This document shows positions 30,983 to 42,331 of a stretch of 64,000 nucleotides of DNA, one piece after another. The first letter of the stretch is position 1. Each line of letters opens with the position of its first letter. Both the position numbers and the translations under genes were made by a program. A model generated the notes under the pieces. That model searched no databases and was not told the origin of the DNA. It worked only from the letters and a program-made list of their open reading frames with translations. This DNA comes from Phormidesmis sp. (lineage in GTDB: Bacteria > Cyanobacteriota > Cyanobacteriia > Leptolyngbyales > Leptolyngbyaceae), in NCBI GenBank assembly GCA_965248535.1, contig CBDFJR010000005.1, positions 1,120,001 through 1,184,000 of the forward strand. The letters are read 5' to 3'.

Positions 30983-30996
30983 AGTACAGAAGTACT
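30983..30996. promoter_or_regulatory. cyanobacterial LexA (SOS) box
   Basis: AGTACAGAAGTACT matches RGTAC-N3-DGTWCB, and the palindrome extends to TTTAGTAC/GTACTAAA; it lies upstream of the DUF2721 gene. Confidence 0.6.
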
Positions 30997-31104
30997 AAAT
31001 TTGACAGACCTAACTGCCCCAGTCTTCACCGTTAAGCCTCAACCCAGATCGTGCCCTGCTTCTAGGAAGCCCCAAAATTCTGCAATTCTGAGGGCTAACC
31101 GTGA

Positions 31105-32493
31105 TCAGACTTGAGTCAGGGTCTTGGCAGGAACCACGATCTCACTCAAAACATCCCGCGATCGCGCCGGCACTAACATCTCATGGGCGATCGATTGGGC
31201 TAGCAGCCGTCGATAGAGATCGCTCAACTGCGCCGCCACGCCCGACCAGCTAAAGTTTCGCTGCACCCGCTCAGAGGCCCGCAGCCTTAGCTTGGTCGCC
31301 CACAAGTCATCGCCGAGAATGCGATCGATTGCCTTTGCAAATGCCTTAGTGTCTTGAGGAGGAACCAATAATCCGGTTTCTTCAGGGACGATCGAGAATT
31401 TCAAGCCGCCCACCGCAGACGCGACGACGGGAGTGCCACAGGCCATTGACTCGATCGCCACCAACCCAAACGGCTCATAGTGGCTAGGAATCACGCAAAC
31501 ATCGGCTGCCGTGTAGTAGAGTGGGAGCCGATCGTGTCCAACTCGTCCTGCAAAAGTTGTTTGATTGGATAGTCCCAACTCTTGCACAATGCGCTCAATG
31601 CGGATGCGTTCGTCACCGTCTGGTTGGGTCGGGTCGCTGCCCCCCACAATCACTAACCGGATGTGAGCAGGATTGGTTTTGAGTTGAGCACAAGCCCGAA
31701 CCAAAGTTTCGATGCCCTTGCGCGGGTCAAAGCGTCCGACATAGAGCACAATTCTTTCATCGGGCCGGAACTCTAACTGCGATCGCGCTTCTGATTTTGG
31801 AATCACATGAAACGTCTCAATATTCGTCCCGCAGGGAATCACTTCGATGTAGCCTTGCTGAGAAATCAGACTCCGCAGCGCTTCCTGCTCTTGCGGACTG
31901 GTCGCCACCGTGCAGTTTGCATGCTCTAAAATTTGTCGTTCAACGTCTAAGCGAATGTTAGCGATCGCCGGACGGTTTGGCACCGATTGATATTTAATCG
32001 CACCTATCGAATGATAGGTATTGACAAGCTGAACGTTATGGGTTTTTTGCACTTCTAAACCCACCCAAGCCGACATCCAATAATTCGTGTGGATTAAAGG
32101 ATAGCGATGCTTGGCTTGATAAGTTTGAAACGCCTCGACGAATGCTGGCATAAATTCAAACAAGCGATCGCGCGGAATGAATTCTGTCGGCCCTGCCGTC
32201 AAGCGAATCGTGCGGCAGTGGGGAGAATGTTGCACGATCGTGGCATCTTCGGCCTTGGTCTTGCGGGTAAACATATCCACCTGCCAGCCCAGCTTTGCCA
32301 GCGCTTCGCCCACTTGACGCACATAGACATTTTGTCCGCCTGCTTCTTCTCGGCCAATGTCGGCGGCAGGGTCGCCGTGATCTGAAATCAGCGCGATCGC
32401 TTGTCGATTGGGAGCCTTAGAACGCGCCGAAATAAAGGGATCATGAACAGTGGAAATGGATACACTTTGCTGGTCGCTTAAAAGCACCATCAT
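31105..32493 (-). CDS. GT-B glycosyltransferase (GT4; MshA/sucrose-phosphate-synthase-like)
   Basis: ISDHGDP...AGGQNVYV, HTNYWMS, VGRFDPRKG, YEPFGLVAIESMACG. Confidence 0.88.
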   Translation of the reverse strand: MMVLLSDQQSVSISTVHDPFISARSKAPNRQAIALISDHGDPAADIGREEAGGQNVYVRQVGEALAKLGWQVDMFTRKTKAEDATIVQHSPHCRTIRLTAGPTEFIPRDRLFEFMPAFVEAFQTYQAKHRYPLIHTNYWMSAWVGLEVQKTHNVQLVNTYHSIGAIKYQSVPNRPAIANIRLDVERQILEHANCTVATSPQEQEALRSLISQQGYIEVIPCGTNIETFHVIPKSEARSQLEFRPDERIVLYVGRFDPRKGIETLVRACAQLKTNPAHIRLVIVGGSDPTQPDGDERIRIERIVQELGLSNQTTFAGRVGHDRLPLYYTAADVCVIPSHYEPFGLVAIESMACGTPVVASAVGGLKFSIVPEETGLLVPPQDTKAFAKAIDRILGDDLWATKLRLRASERVQRNFSWSGVAAQLSDLYRRLLAQSIAHEMLVPARSRDVLSEIVVPAKTLTQV

Positions 32494-32628
32494 TTAATTT
32501 TCACCTCATAGATCAGTGGTTAGCCACGATCGACGAGTGAACGATTCACCCATCAAACCGGACTTTTAGCAACAGGCGACTAACCACCACAACTGCAAAC
32601 TCACGATTGTCAACTCATCAACAGGCAC

Positions 32629-32656
32629 AAAAAAAGTGGAACGGGTTGATCCACTT
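32629..32656 (-). terminator. terminator-like hairpin after the upstream glycosyltransferase
   Basis: minus strand AAGTGGA-TCAACCCGT-TCCACTT-TTTTT. Confidence 0.6.
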
Positions 32657-33741
32657 AGTTGTTAGTGTTTGCTGTGAGCAAACTAGGCACACGACCGTTT
32701 TTATTCGTCGATTGTCCCGTCAAAATCTGAAGATAGGCGGCTTCATACCCGTCAGTCATTTTCTGGACGCTAAAGTGGTCAACCACATGCTGGCGGCAGG
32801 CGGCGCGATCGAGTTCAGGAAGGCGCGCCAGAGCCGCAATGCACTCATCTACGGTGTCACACAAGAAACCCGTTTTGCCGTGAGCAATCACTTCAGGAGC
32901 CGAGCCGAGTCGCATTCCAATCACGGGCGTTCCGGCGGCCATTGACTCTACCATCACCAGCCCAAACGGTTCTCGCCAGGTGATCGGAAACAGGGTTGCT
33001 ACAGCACCGCCCATGAGCGTGTTTTTCTGAACGTGGTTTGCCTCACCCAGATATTGAATTTGCTCACCGTCAATGTGAGGGGCAAGTTCTTGCTCATAAA
33101 ACTCGCGATCGACGATATCAATCTTGCCAGCCATTTTCAGATTCCAGCCTGTGCGCTTGGCAATCTCGATCGCCAAATGCGGCCCTTTTTCGGGCGATAG
33201 CCGACCTAAAAATGCTAAATAAGGCGGCTCACCCGGTTGAGCATAAAACTTATAGCTCTCGACATCAATGCCGTTATAGACCGTCGAAACGCAGTTTAAG
33301 CCGAGTCTGGCTTCTCGCTGGGCGTTGGAGATGCTCACGAAGGGCTGCTGGCGCGATCGTCGATACATCTTTCTCGTTGTCGGAAGTAAATACGCCATGT
33401 AGCGTATGGATCGTCGGCGTTTTGACGAATTTTGCATAGGGCAACGCCGCACAGCCCATGTGAGAATGTATGATGTCAAAGTCTTGAGCTTGATCATAAA
33501 CCTGACCAAGTTGCAGCATTTCGTAGATCGAATACTCTTTCACGGTTGGGTCTTGGCGCAGGGCACGAGCGTGAACCGATTCAAGGGTTGCTAAACTCAG
33601 AGAGTCACCTGACGCAAACAGAGTCACCTCATGGCCGCGTCGCACCAGTTCATCGGTCAGCAGACTGACGACCAGTTCAATGCCGCCATAGGCCGGGGGA
33701 GGAACTCTTTCCCACAGAGGGGCTACTTGAGCAATCCGCAT
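32655..33741 (-). CDS. GT4 glycosyltransferase (apparent +1 frameshift at ~33371)
   Basis: MRIAQVAPLWERVPPPAYGGIE in one frame and GRLSPEKG...WREPFGLVMVESMAAG in another; deleting one A joins them as DNEKMYRRS. Confidence 0.88.
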
Positions 33742-34407
33742 ACAAACCTCCTAACAAAGGTCAAACTAGATTTTAAAAGTCTTGATCTCAGACTCTGATG
33801 GGCTGCCGAGTGATTTTAGGGCACTTGAACTCGCAGGGAACTAAATCAGGTTTACTAGAAAATTTAACGTTTGCCAAGGCGGTCATTTCGACTTGACAAG
33901 TGCAGACGACTACACTTGTTGTATGTGTAGTACGAAGATCTGCTGAAGTTGAGTAAGTAAAAATACTCAAGAATCTTGAAGAACGATCGCGATTCTGCCA
34001 CCAGAGTTTAGAGGGGAGGCCAACTCTCTCTACAAGACGCTACAGCGCCGAATTCAAGTGACTCAACGCTCAAACGTGAAGTGATTTGAGCAAGAAGAAC
34101 GGTGTTCCAGACTACTTAATTCTGGATCAAGGTCAAGAATCTACAGAATTTCTGAACAATGGTTCTTTTTGGTACACCAAACAACTTATTTCTTGTTGCA
34201 GATTTATTCGTGCTATCGAATCGGTCTTTAGAGAGTTTACAGAGTTTGCGGCCCGATCGTAAGGGGGCTTTGAGCCTTTTTTCTAAAGATTTTCTGATCT
34301 TTCTAAACGGGCTTCTCTGGCTCGCAAACTCTCTGAGCTAGACAGCACCCTATCGCCAGATTTTTAAAGTCTGACCATTGACCCAACTGAGGGTGGTAGG
34401 ATCAACG

Positions 34408-34486
34408 CTCAAGCTAGGGGTGCCTAACCGGGCTGAGAACAAACCCTTAGAACCTGAGACTGGGTAATGCCAGCGAAGGGAAGCTG
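34408..34486 (+). ncRNA. TPP (thi-box) riboswitch
   Basis: AGCTAGGGGTGCC...GGCTGAGA...ACCCTTAGAACCTGAGACTGGGTAATGCCAGCGAAGGGAAGCT directly upstream of thiC. Confidence 0.95.
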
Positions 34487-34506
34487 TTTATCTTGAGGAA
34501 TCGAAT

Positions 34507-35881
<1,375 letters not shown>

Positions 35882-35897
35882 AAGTCACCTATTGTTT

Positions 35898-35933
35898 AAG
35901 AAGCCTGTTTCATCAATTGGAACAGGCTTCTTT
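35898..35933 (+). terminator. intrinsic terminator of thiC
   Basis: AAGAAGCCTGTT...AACAGGCTTCTT-T. Confidence 0.8.
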
Positions 35934-35962
35934 GTTGATTTTCTATTGTTCTCTGATTTGAC

Positions 35963-36352
35963 ATGCACGATAAATATGCAGATCTGTTGTCTCAATATCA
36001 GCCGAAATTAATTAGAACTGAGGAGGAAAACAACAAAGCTTTGGCGATCGTAGAAGAATTGATGCACCGTCCAAATCGCACCTTAGAAGAGAAGGAGCTT
36101 TATGAGTTACTGATCGCGCTGATTGAGAAATTTGAACAGGACTATTACTCACCTGGTAAAGCTTCTAATCCTCACTCTCTACTGCTTTTTTTAATAGAGC
36201 AACGCAATCTCAAACAATCAGACCTGGTAAATGTGATGGGTTCTGAGGAGGTTGTTTTAGAGGCGATCGCTGGCAGCCGAGAAATCAATCCAGCTCAAGC
36301 AAAAACTTTGGGCAGATTCTTTCAAGTTAATCCGAGTTTGTTCATGACCTAA
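35963..36352 (+). CDS. HigA-like antitoxin / HTH regulator (no adjacent toxin)
   Basis: PKLIRTEEEN..AL, LIEKFEQ, LKQSDL...G.REI...AK.LG.FF.V.P.LF. Confidence 0.8.
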   Translation: MHDKYADLLSQYQPKLIRTEEENNKALAIVEELMHRPNRTLEEKELYELLIALIEKFEQDYYSPGKASNPHSLLLFLIEQRNLKQSDLVNVMGSEEVVLEAIAGSREINPAQAKTLGRFFQVNPSLFMT

Positions 36353-36496
36353 AAGATAGATGACTTTAGAAATAGGCTAATTGTTATTCAAACTGCTCCC
36401 TATGTGGAGTTGGTTTGTGTGGTCGTTGACTGATGCGATCGCTTTCTCACAAAGCTAAAAATCCTTTGATACAGAATGAAATTTCTCACTCTGAAG

Positions 36497-37090
36497 TCAA
36501 GATTCTGACCCAACAAAGATATCCCTGATTTTGACTCGAGCTTGAGGTATTACAGCACAAACGATCGTATCCTCTACTCCATACACTGCTTCTTCGTAGA
36601 GTCCTTCGACCAGCGAGAGGACAGTGACTTGGTTGCGTTGAGGATCTACAATCCAATATTCTAGAATGCCTCTAGCAGCATACTCTGATCGCTTATAGCG
36701 ATAGTCTCTGGCTTCATTGGCACTACCGGGTGAGACGACTTCGATCGCAACTAGCGGCGGCGGCATATCCCGCGTAATCGTGCCTCGCGTTTGACCTTGC
36801 AGCGCAGCACCACACTCCTCTCCGAAAATCATTAAATCAGGGAATCTAGTTTTTGCCCGTCGTCCGGTGACTTCGATTTCGATTTCTTTATAGCTTAGTA
36901 GAATTAGCGGAACGCACTTCAAAAGTTCTACAAACAATCGTCTAGCTACATAGCAGTTTTCTGGCGATTCTGGGGGCATTGCGACTAGTTCTCCATCCAC
37001 CAATTCGTAGCGGGTATCGGTATCGTCGTCATAGGCGAGATATTCTTCAAAGGTAAGCTTTTGAGATTTTGATGCGGCGGTTTGAGTCAT
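36497..37090 (-). CDS. Uma2 family endonuclease
   Basis: LTFEEYL..DD....[36 protein letters not shown]. Confidence 0.92.
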   Translation of the reverse strand: MTQTAASKSQKLTFEEYLAYDDDTDTRYELVDGELVAMPPESPENCYVARRLFVELLKCVPLILLSYKEIEIEVTGRRAKTRFPDLMIFGEECGAALQGQTRGTITRDMPPPLVAIEVVSPGSANEARDYRYKRSEYAARGILEYWIVDPQRNQVTVLSLVEGLYEEAVYGVEDTIVCAVIPQARVKIRDIFVGSES

Positions 37091-37154
37091 CGTGGTTGCC
37101 CCGGTTCACTGATTGCAATTTTAACGGTTATTGCGATCGAACTGATCACCTACC

Positions 37155-37742
37155 TCACATTCCTCGAATCACCTGCGTAAACTCACTCACCGCATCATAC
37201 TGATCTGCCATTCGCGAATACTGCGCCAACAACGCCAAATCTAAATCAGGCAGCAAAGAACTTTGGGCAACCTTTTCGTAGCCCTCCTCACACAGACAGT
37301 AGACCGAAATCATGCCGTCTTCCCAGAACCAAACTTCGGGGACTTTTAGCCGTTTGTAGATTTCTAGCTTGTTAATTCCGCCACTGGTGACTGTGATCTC
37401 TAAGACCAAATCTGGCATCAGCTTTTTAGCGCCCAAACTGTAAGCCTCATCCGGTTCTCGTCTTGCACCATCTTCCCGCTTGCCGAGGGTAGTGCTTCCC
37501 CGAACATAAAACCGAATTCCTCGCTCTCGCATGAAAGCTTCTGTCAACAAACTGACAGTGCTTTTAGGTTCTTCGTGTTCTTCAGAAAGCGGAGCCATAA
37601 TTTCTAAAAATCCGTCTAAATAGATCAAACGTGCGCCTGTGCCTTCTAGCTCTACGTCTAGTCTTTCGAGAGCATCCCAAGTGAGGTTATAGAGAAGAAC
37701 TGAGTTTTGGCGAGTTGGTTTTTCGAGAACTGGAGAATTCAT
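37155..37742 (-). CDS. Uma2 family endonuclease
   Basis: LEIMAPLSEEHE, EPDEAY, PDLVLEI, KLEIYKRLKVPEVWFW. Confidence 0.92.
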   Translation of the reverse strand: MNSPVLEKPTRQNSVLLYNLTWDALERLDVELEGTGARLIYLDGFLEIMAPLSEEHEEPKSTVSLLTEAFMRERGIRFYVRGSTTLGKREDGARREPDEAYSLGAKKLMPDLVLEITVTSGGINKLEIYKRLKVPEVWFWEDGMISVYCLCEEGYEKVAQSSLLPDLDLALLAQYSRMADQYDAVSEFTQVIRGM

Positions 37743-37784
37743 AGGTCGATCGCTCTAAACCTGGATGTGGTTATTTTAGGCGCT

Positions 37785-40700
37785 TTAGGCAAGCCCGATC
37801 GCCGCAACTAAGCTCGATGTCCCCAATAGATTAACAGCAGTGCCAGAACAAATAGGACACATACAAGCGGCTGGCGACATTGAGGGTTGCATATTGGAGG
37901 TTGATGCAACGGTTGCCGTGAGTCCACTCGCCGAGGCGGCTGTTGGGGAAGTGCTAGCAGGCGCGATCGCTGCTGGAGCCGCAGCAGCTTGCCAACTTCC
38001 TGAGCTGCTGTAGGTATAGTAAGTGCCACCCACTAGAATCTTCATTGAGCCGTTAGACCCGTAGTAGTTTTGCAGTTGAATCGAGCCAGAAGACCCTAGC
38101 CCGATCGTCAAGTTGCTGCCACTCACCGCAGTGGTCAAATTAGACAAGTTAAAGCCCGCAAGCTCTAGACTATCGGCAGCGTTGCTAGAGTCAATCACAT
38201 CATTGCCTGTAAACGTGCCCAACATATAGCCTTTAAAGACATTGCTAGCCGAGTTAGCGATGATGTAATCATTGCCGCGAGAATTGATCAGATTTTCGAT
38301 CACTGTGCCTTTGGCGATCGTGGTGCCAAAGCCAGACGTGACGTATTGCGGGCCTTGGGCAATGCCATCACTCGGATTACTGTCCTGACCATAGTCATAA
38401 TACGTTGACCCATTGTAGGAAGCCTGAGTCGTTAAAATGCCGCCTGGATTGAGGTCAAACCGATAGTTGACCCCAGCCGCCAACCGAGAAAAATCTAAGG
38501 TGTCTACTCCACCCGCATCCCAAAGAGTTTGCTTTAACTGGGTAGTCGTGCTGCCAAAAACCTGACTGGATACTTCATAGCCATAGACGGTGTTGAAGGT
38601 GTAAGTAGTCGCATTCGCATTTTGGTTCCTCGCCCCATAGAGATATTGCAGCGCCTGAATGTCATAACTCATCGGCGTAATCGCTAAACTGCCGTAGTAT
38701 CGAGTGTCACTCGTGCCATTGTTATAGGTCATCACGGTGTTTGTGGTGTTGTCTTCAGAAGGGGATAAGAAAGGCCCTTCCGTCGTTCCGCCTCCAGCGT
38801 TGTAACTTCCAGGATGCTTCAAGCCCAGCGTGTGCAGGGTCTCATGGATCAGTGCCATATAGCCATAGGTGCCTGCGCCCCCTTCAAAACTGCTGGCTTG
38901 TCTGGGGTTCAGGTGAACATCACCCCCTGTGCCATCGCCGGGATAGTAGCCATAGGCATAAAAGCTGTAGGCGGCATTGTTGAAGTCATACTTACCATCA
39001 GAATACATATAGCGAATAACTCCGCAACTTGTAGCTGAATCCGCTACTTCGACAAACTGAACATTGATAAACGTCGCGATCGACGACAAAATTGCCCGCA
39101 CATTGTTCTTAATCGTAGCGCTGACTTCTGAAACGGCCTCGCGCCCTGTGTAAGAGCCAGACCCAGCAGAGTAAAAGCTGTAGGTAATCACTCCCCCATT
39201 CGCACTGGTGTTCCAAGCAGCATGGTCGGCGTTTAGGAGAGCCTCGATCGTGGGATTGCCAGAGGTTGCACCATAGGTGACGGTAGGATTGGTGATCACA
39301 CTGGTGATGAAGACATTTTTAGAGTCGATGCCAGTGCCTTGATTGGCGTTGTTGTTCTCATTGCTTTCGCCAACGGCATTGAGCGAATCAACAATCATGC
39401 CAATGGAGTAGTTATCCGCGCTCCCCTTAGTCCAGAAGCTATCTGCATATCCCGGTAGAGAAAAGGTTTGGCTCAACACTGCTGTGAGAGAATTGGATGC
39501 GATCGCGTCTAGATCATAGGTTGCGAGAAGCCGATCGCTGGTGGTGATCGTCGTGTCTTTTGATAGATAAAACGCCACCCGAAACGGTCGAGCATCACTG
39601 CCCGTGTTTTGAATCCTGAAATTAGCTGTTAGGCTGGCTCCGGCGGTGAGGGAGACTTGAGTTAGGTCAAAGAACGCACCAGACAACTCCGGTTGGTTGT
39701 CAAACTCCCAACTGTCTTGCCCAAAATCGGTTTGAGTCGAAAGTGGACTGCGGGCATAGTCATATTCGCTGCCCAGAAAGTTGGTGCCTGAAGCCTTCCC
39801 CTGGCTAAAGTAGTAAGGAGTGTAGACAGCCTGACTGTTGTCAACGTCGTGGTATTGATCAACAAACACTTTGCCGACATCAGTCGCGATTCCTTCTCGA
39901 CTCGACTTTGTGATGTAATATTTGCCGTTTGCGCCGATTTCGTTATTGTTAGAATTGAAATCTACAAAACTCCCAACTGTGTAGGTTCCAGGTTGACTAT
40001 AGACCCATCCACTGTAGTAGTCAGCCGTGTTGTCTTTTCCGTTGTAGTAGTAAGCAAACTCGTATTTAGAGTAGCTGACGTTATAGACCCATTTGTCTAA
40101 TCCAAAATCGTTATCGAGACTGTTTGAGTTGCCAATAAAATCGTATTCACTGCCTAGATAATTTGTACCAGAGGTTTTTCCTTGCCCGAAATAGACAGGT
40201 GTGTAGGAAGTAGCGTTTTCACTGTTGTAGTATTGATTGACAAACACTTTACCAAGATCGGCAACATTGCCCGCCACGATCGCTGACTTAATCAGATATT
40301 TGCCAGAGCAGCCCGTCTCATTTTTCTCGACAATTGGATCAAAAATCTGACCCGCGCTGTAGGTATTCGCGGAAGCATAGACATAGCCTGTATAGGAGTC
40401 TTTATTGTTGTTGCTGCCATTGTAGTAGTAGGCAAACTCGTATTTATAGACGGGCAGAGCAGCCGCCAGATCGAGGGTGTAGCCTGTAATGCCACTTCCC
40501 TTTAAGCAAAGTCGAACGTAGTAGGTGCCCGCCGATAGTGACCCACTGCTGATCGATTCGGCTGAGTTGCCTGCGATCGCAGAGGTTTGAATCACCGCCC
40601 CACTGCTGTTGAGAAGCTGAAGATCCACATCGGCCCTCAGTCCACTAAGCGTCAGGCTCAAGCTACTATCTGCGCTCAGTGTAAATTGGTAATCGTCTTC

Positions 40701-41912
40701 TAGATCATTAGCACTGCCTAGTGATTCTCGAAATGTTGCGGTTTTATCGAGGGTGCCGATATTAAAAGCTTTGGCGATCGTGTCTCCAACGACATCGTTG
40801 ATGAGCTTTTGTTCAAATTGCTTGGCGCTGGAAACCAGATGCCAATTTGCGTCGGGAACTTTAGTCAGATAAACCGCCGACGTAATGGCGTTATTGTTCA
40901 TCAGCCAAACAGCATTCTCACCCGTGGCATAGTTTCGCCACACGACATCCACTTGCCCATCTTGATTAAAGTCAGTAGCCCCCTCAATCTTCCAATTTGC
41001 GTCGGGGACTTTAGTGAGATAAATGGCTGACTTAATGGCGTTATTGTTCATCAGCCAGACGGCATTTTCACCTGTGGCATAGTTTCGCCACACGACATCT
41101 ACTTGCCCATCTTGATTAAAGTCAGCAACCCCCTCGATCTTCCAATTTGCATCGGGGACTTTGGTGAGAAAAACAGAGGACTCAATGACGTTGTTGTTCA
41201 TCAACCAGACGGCATTTTCACCTGTGGCATAGTTTCGCCACACGACATCTACTTGCCCATCTTGATTGAAGTCAGCAACCCCCTCGATCTTCCAATTTGC
41301 ATCGGGGACTTTGGTGAGAAAAACAGAGGACTCAATGACGTTGTTGTTCATCAGCCAGATGGCATTCTCACCTGTGGCATAGTTTCGCCATACTAAATCT
41401 AGCTGCCCATCTTGATTAAAGTCGGCACTGCTCTCTAGCTTCCAATTGGGGTCAGACACCTTGGTGAGAAAAGCAGAGGACTCAATCGCGCCATCTTTCA
41501 CTTGCCAAACGGCATTCTCACCTGTGGCATAATTTCGCCAGGTCAAATCGGTTTTGAGATCTAAAACAGTAGACAGATTCAGACTGTAGCGAGCACTGTC
41601 TTGACTGGTAGAAACTCGAAGATAATAAGTTCCTGGCTGAAGAACCGCGCTGACCAGTTCATCGATCGTGCCCCGGTTATTTGATGCCGCCAAAATTTCG
41701 CTGCTGCTGATAAGACCATTGCGATCGCGGTCTTGAATTAGCTCAAGATTGGCATCTCCACTTAAGCGATCGAGCACTGCGCTGAGGCTGCCATAACTCT
41801 TTAGCTGAAACCGAAAATAGTCAGTTAGATTAGCGCTCACTGAGTCAGTCAACGTCTGCGCGCTAGAAGATAGGCTAATTTCCTTAGCCGTCTCTAAAGT
41901 ATTATTTGACAC
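37785..41912 (-). CDS. large secreted multidomain metalloprotease: PPC - FG-GAP/VCBS repeats - PPC - 2x Tyr-rich domain - CARDB - M10 (serralysin-like) - CxCxxC tail
   Basis: HETLHTLGLKHP zinc motif with Met-turn TVMTY; DFNQDGQVDVVWRNYATGENAVW repeats; VDSLNAVGESNENNN CARDB signature; WDAGGVDTLDFS, TVIENL serralysin C-terminal motifs. Confidence 0.88.
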   Translation of the reverse strand: MSNNTLETAKEISLSSSAQTLTDSVSANLTDYFRFQLKSYGSLSAVLDRLSGDANLELIQDRDRNGLISSSEILAASNNRGTIDELVSAVLQPGTYYLRVSTSQDSARYSLNLSTVLDLKTDLTWRNYATGENAVWQVKDGAIESSAFLTKVSDPNWKLESSADFNQDGQLDLVWRNYATGENAIWLMNNNVIESSVFLTKVPDANWKIEGVADFNQDGQVDVVWRNYATGENAVWLMNNNVIESSVFLTKVPDANWKIEGVADFNQDGQVDVVWRNYATGENAVWLMNNNAIKSAIYLTKVPDANWKIEGATDFNQDGQVDVVWRNYATGENAVWLMNNNAITSAVYLTKVPDANWHLVSSAKQFEQKLINDVVGDTIAKAFNIGTLDKTATFRESLGSANDLEDDYQFTLSADSSLSLTLSGLRADVDLQLLNSSGAVIQTSAIAGNSAESISSGSLSAGTYYVRLCLKGSGITGYTLDLAAALPVYKYEFAYYYNGSNNNKDSYTGYVYASANTYSAGQIFDPIVEKNETGCSGKYLIKSAIVAGNVADLGKVFVNQYYNSENATSYTPVYFGQGKTSGTNYLGSEYDFIGNSNSLDNDFGLDKWVYNVSYSKYEFAYYYNGKDNTADYYSGWVYSQPGTYTVGSFVDFNSNNNEIGANGKYYITKSSREGIATDVGKVFVDQYHDVDNSQAVYTPYYFSQGKASGTNFLGSEYDYARSPLSTQTDFGQDSWEFDNQPELSGAFFDLTQVSLTAGASLTANFRIQNTGSDARPFRVAFYLSKDTTITTSDRLLATYDLDAIASNSLTAVLSQTFSLPGYADSFWTKGSADNYSIGMIVDSLNAVGESNENNNANQGTGIDSKNVFITSVITNPTVTYGATSGNPTIEALLNADHAAWNTSANGGVITYSFYSAGSGSYTGREAVSEVSATIKNNVRAILSSIATFINVQFVEVADSATSCGVIRYMYSDGKYDFNNAAYSFYAYGYYPGDGTGGDVHLNPRQASSFEGGAGTYGYMALIHETLHTLGLKHPGSYNAGGGTTEGPFLSPSEDNTTNTVMTYNNGTSDTRYYGSLAITPMSYDIQALQYLYGARNQNANATTYTFNTVYGYEVSSQVFGSTTTQLKQTLWDAGGVDTLDFSRLAAGVNYRFDLNPGGILTTQASYNGSTYYDYGQDSNPSDGIAQGPQYVTSGFGTTIAKGTVIENLINSRGNDYIIANSASNVFKGYMLGTFTGNDVIDSSNAADSLELAGFNLSNLTTAVSGSNLTIGLGSSGSIQLQNYYGSNGSMKILVGGTYYTYSSSGSWQAAAAPAAIAPASTSPTAASASGLTATVASTSNMQPSMSPAACMCPICSGTAVNLLGTSSLVAAIGLA
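40850..41545 (-). repeat. 150-bp intragenic tandem repeat (about 4.6 units; FG-GAP/VCBS blades)
   Basis: GGCATT(C/T)TCACCTGTGGCAT-type motif recurs at 40911, 41061, 41211, 41361 and 41511. Confidence 0.95.
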
Positions 41913-42092
41913 TGGGTTCCCTCTGCAAGAATCTGAGTTCTTCTCTGAGAGTTCCTTACAAAAGATGGAGATCTATGTATTTATGAAAACTTCATATAAT
42001 AAATAAAACTCAGTGTGTACGGAGATTACGGATATCGATTTCAAAAGAAATTAGGACAGACTCAGCGATTGCCCGAAAGAACGCCGTTCTTT

Positions 42093-42265
42093 AACGTGAA
42101 TTTGACGAGTTTTTTCGGTTCGTTCTCAGCAACTTCTGCCCCCTAAATCCCCACGAGTGAGGGACTTTGAGCCAAGACTTCCACTTCAAAGTCCCCTAAA
42201 ATGGGAGAGTTAGGGGGCTTTCTAGATTCATAATCAGAGCGAACTACCTCTGTCAAACTGACGTT
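42093..42265. mobile_element. 173-bp MITE with terminal inverted repeats and a 5-bp target duplication
   Basis: ends AACGTGAATTTGAC / GTCAAACTGACGTT; TCTTT on both sides (42088-92, 42266-70); internal palindrome GCCCCCTAAATCCCC...GGGACTTTGA / TCAAAGTCCCC...GTTAGGGGGC. Confidence 0.75.
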
Positions 42266-42331
42266 TCTTTAAGACAGATCTGTCCCCTTCACGCAGCAAA
42301 TTGATACAAAACCCTGGTGGCAATAGACCGA

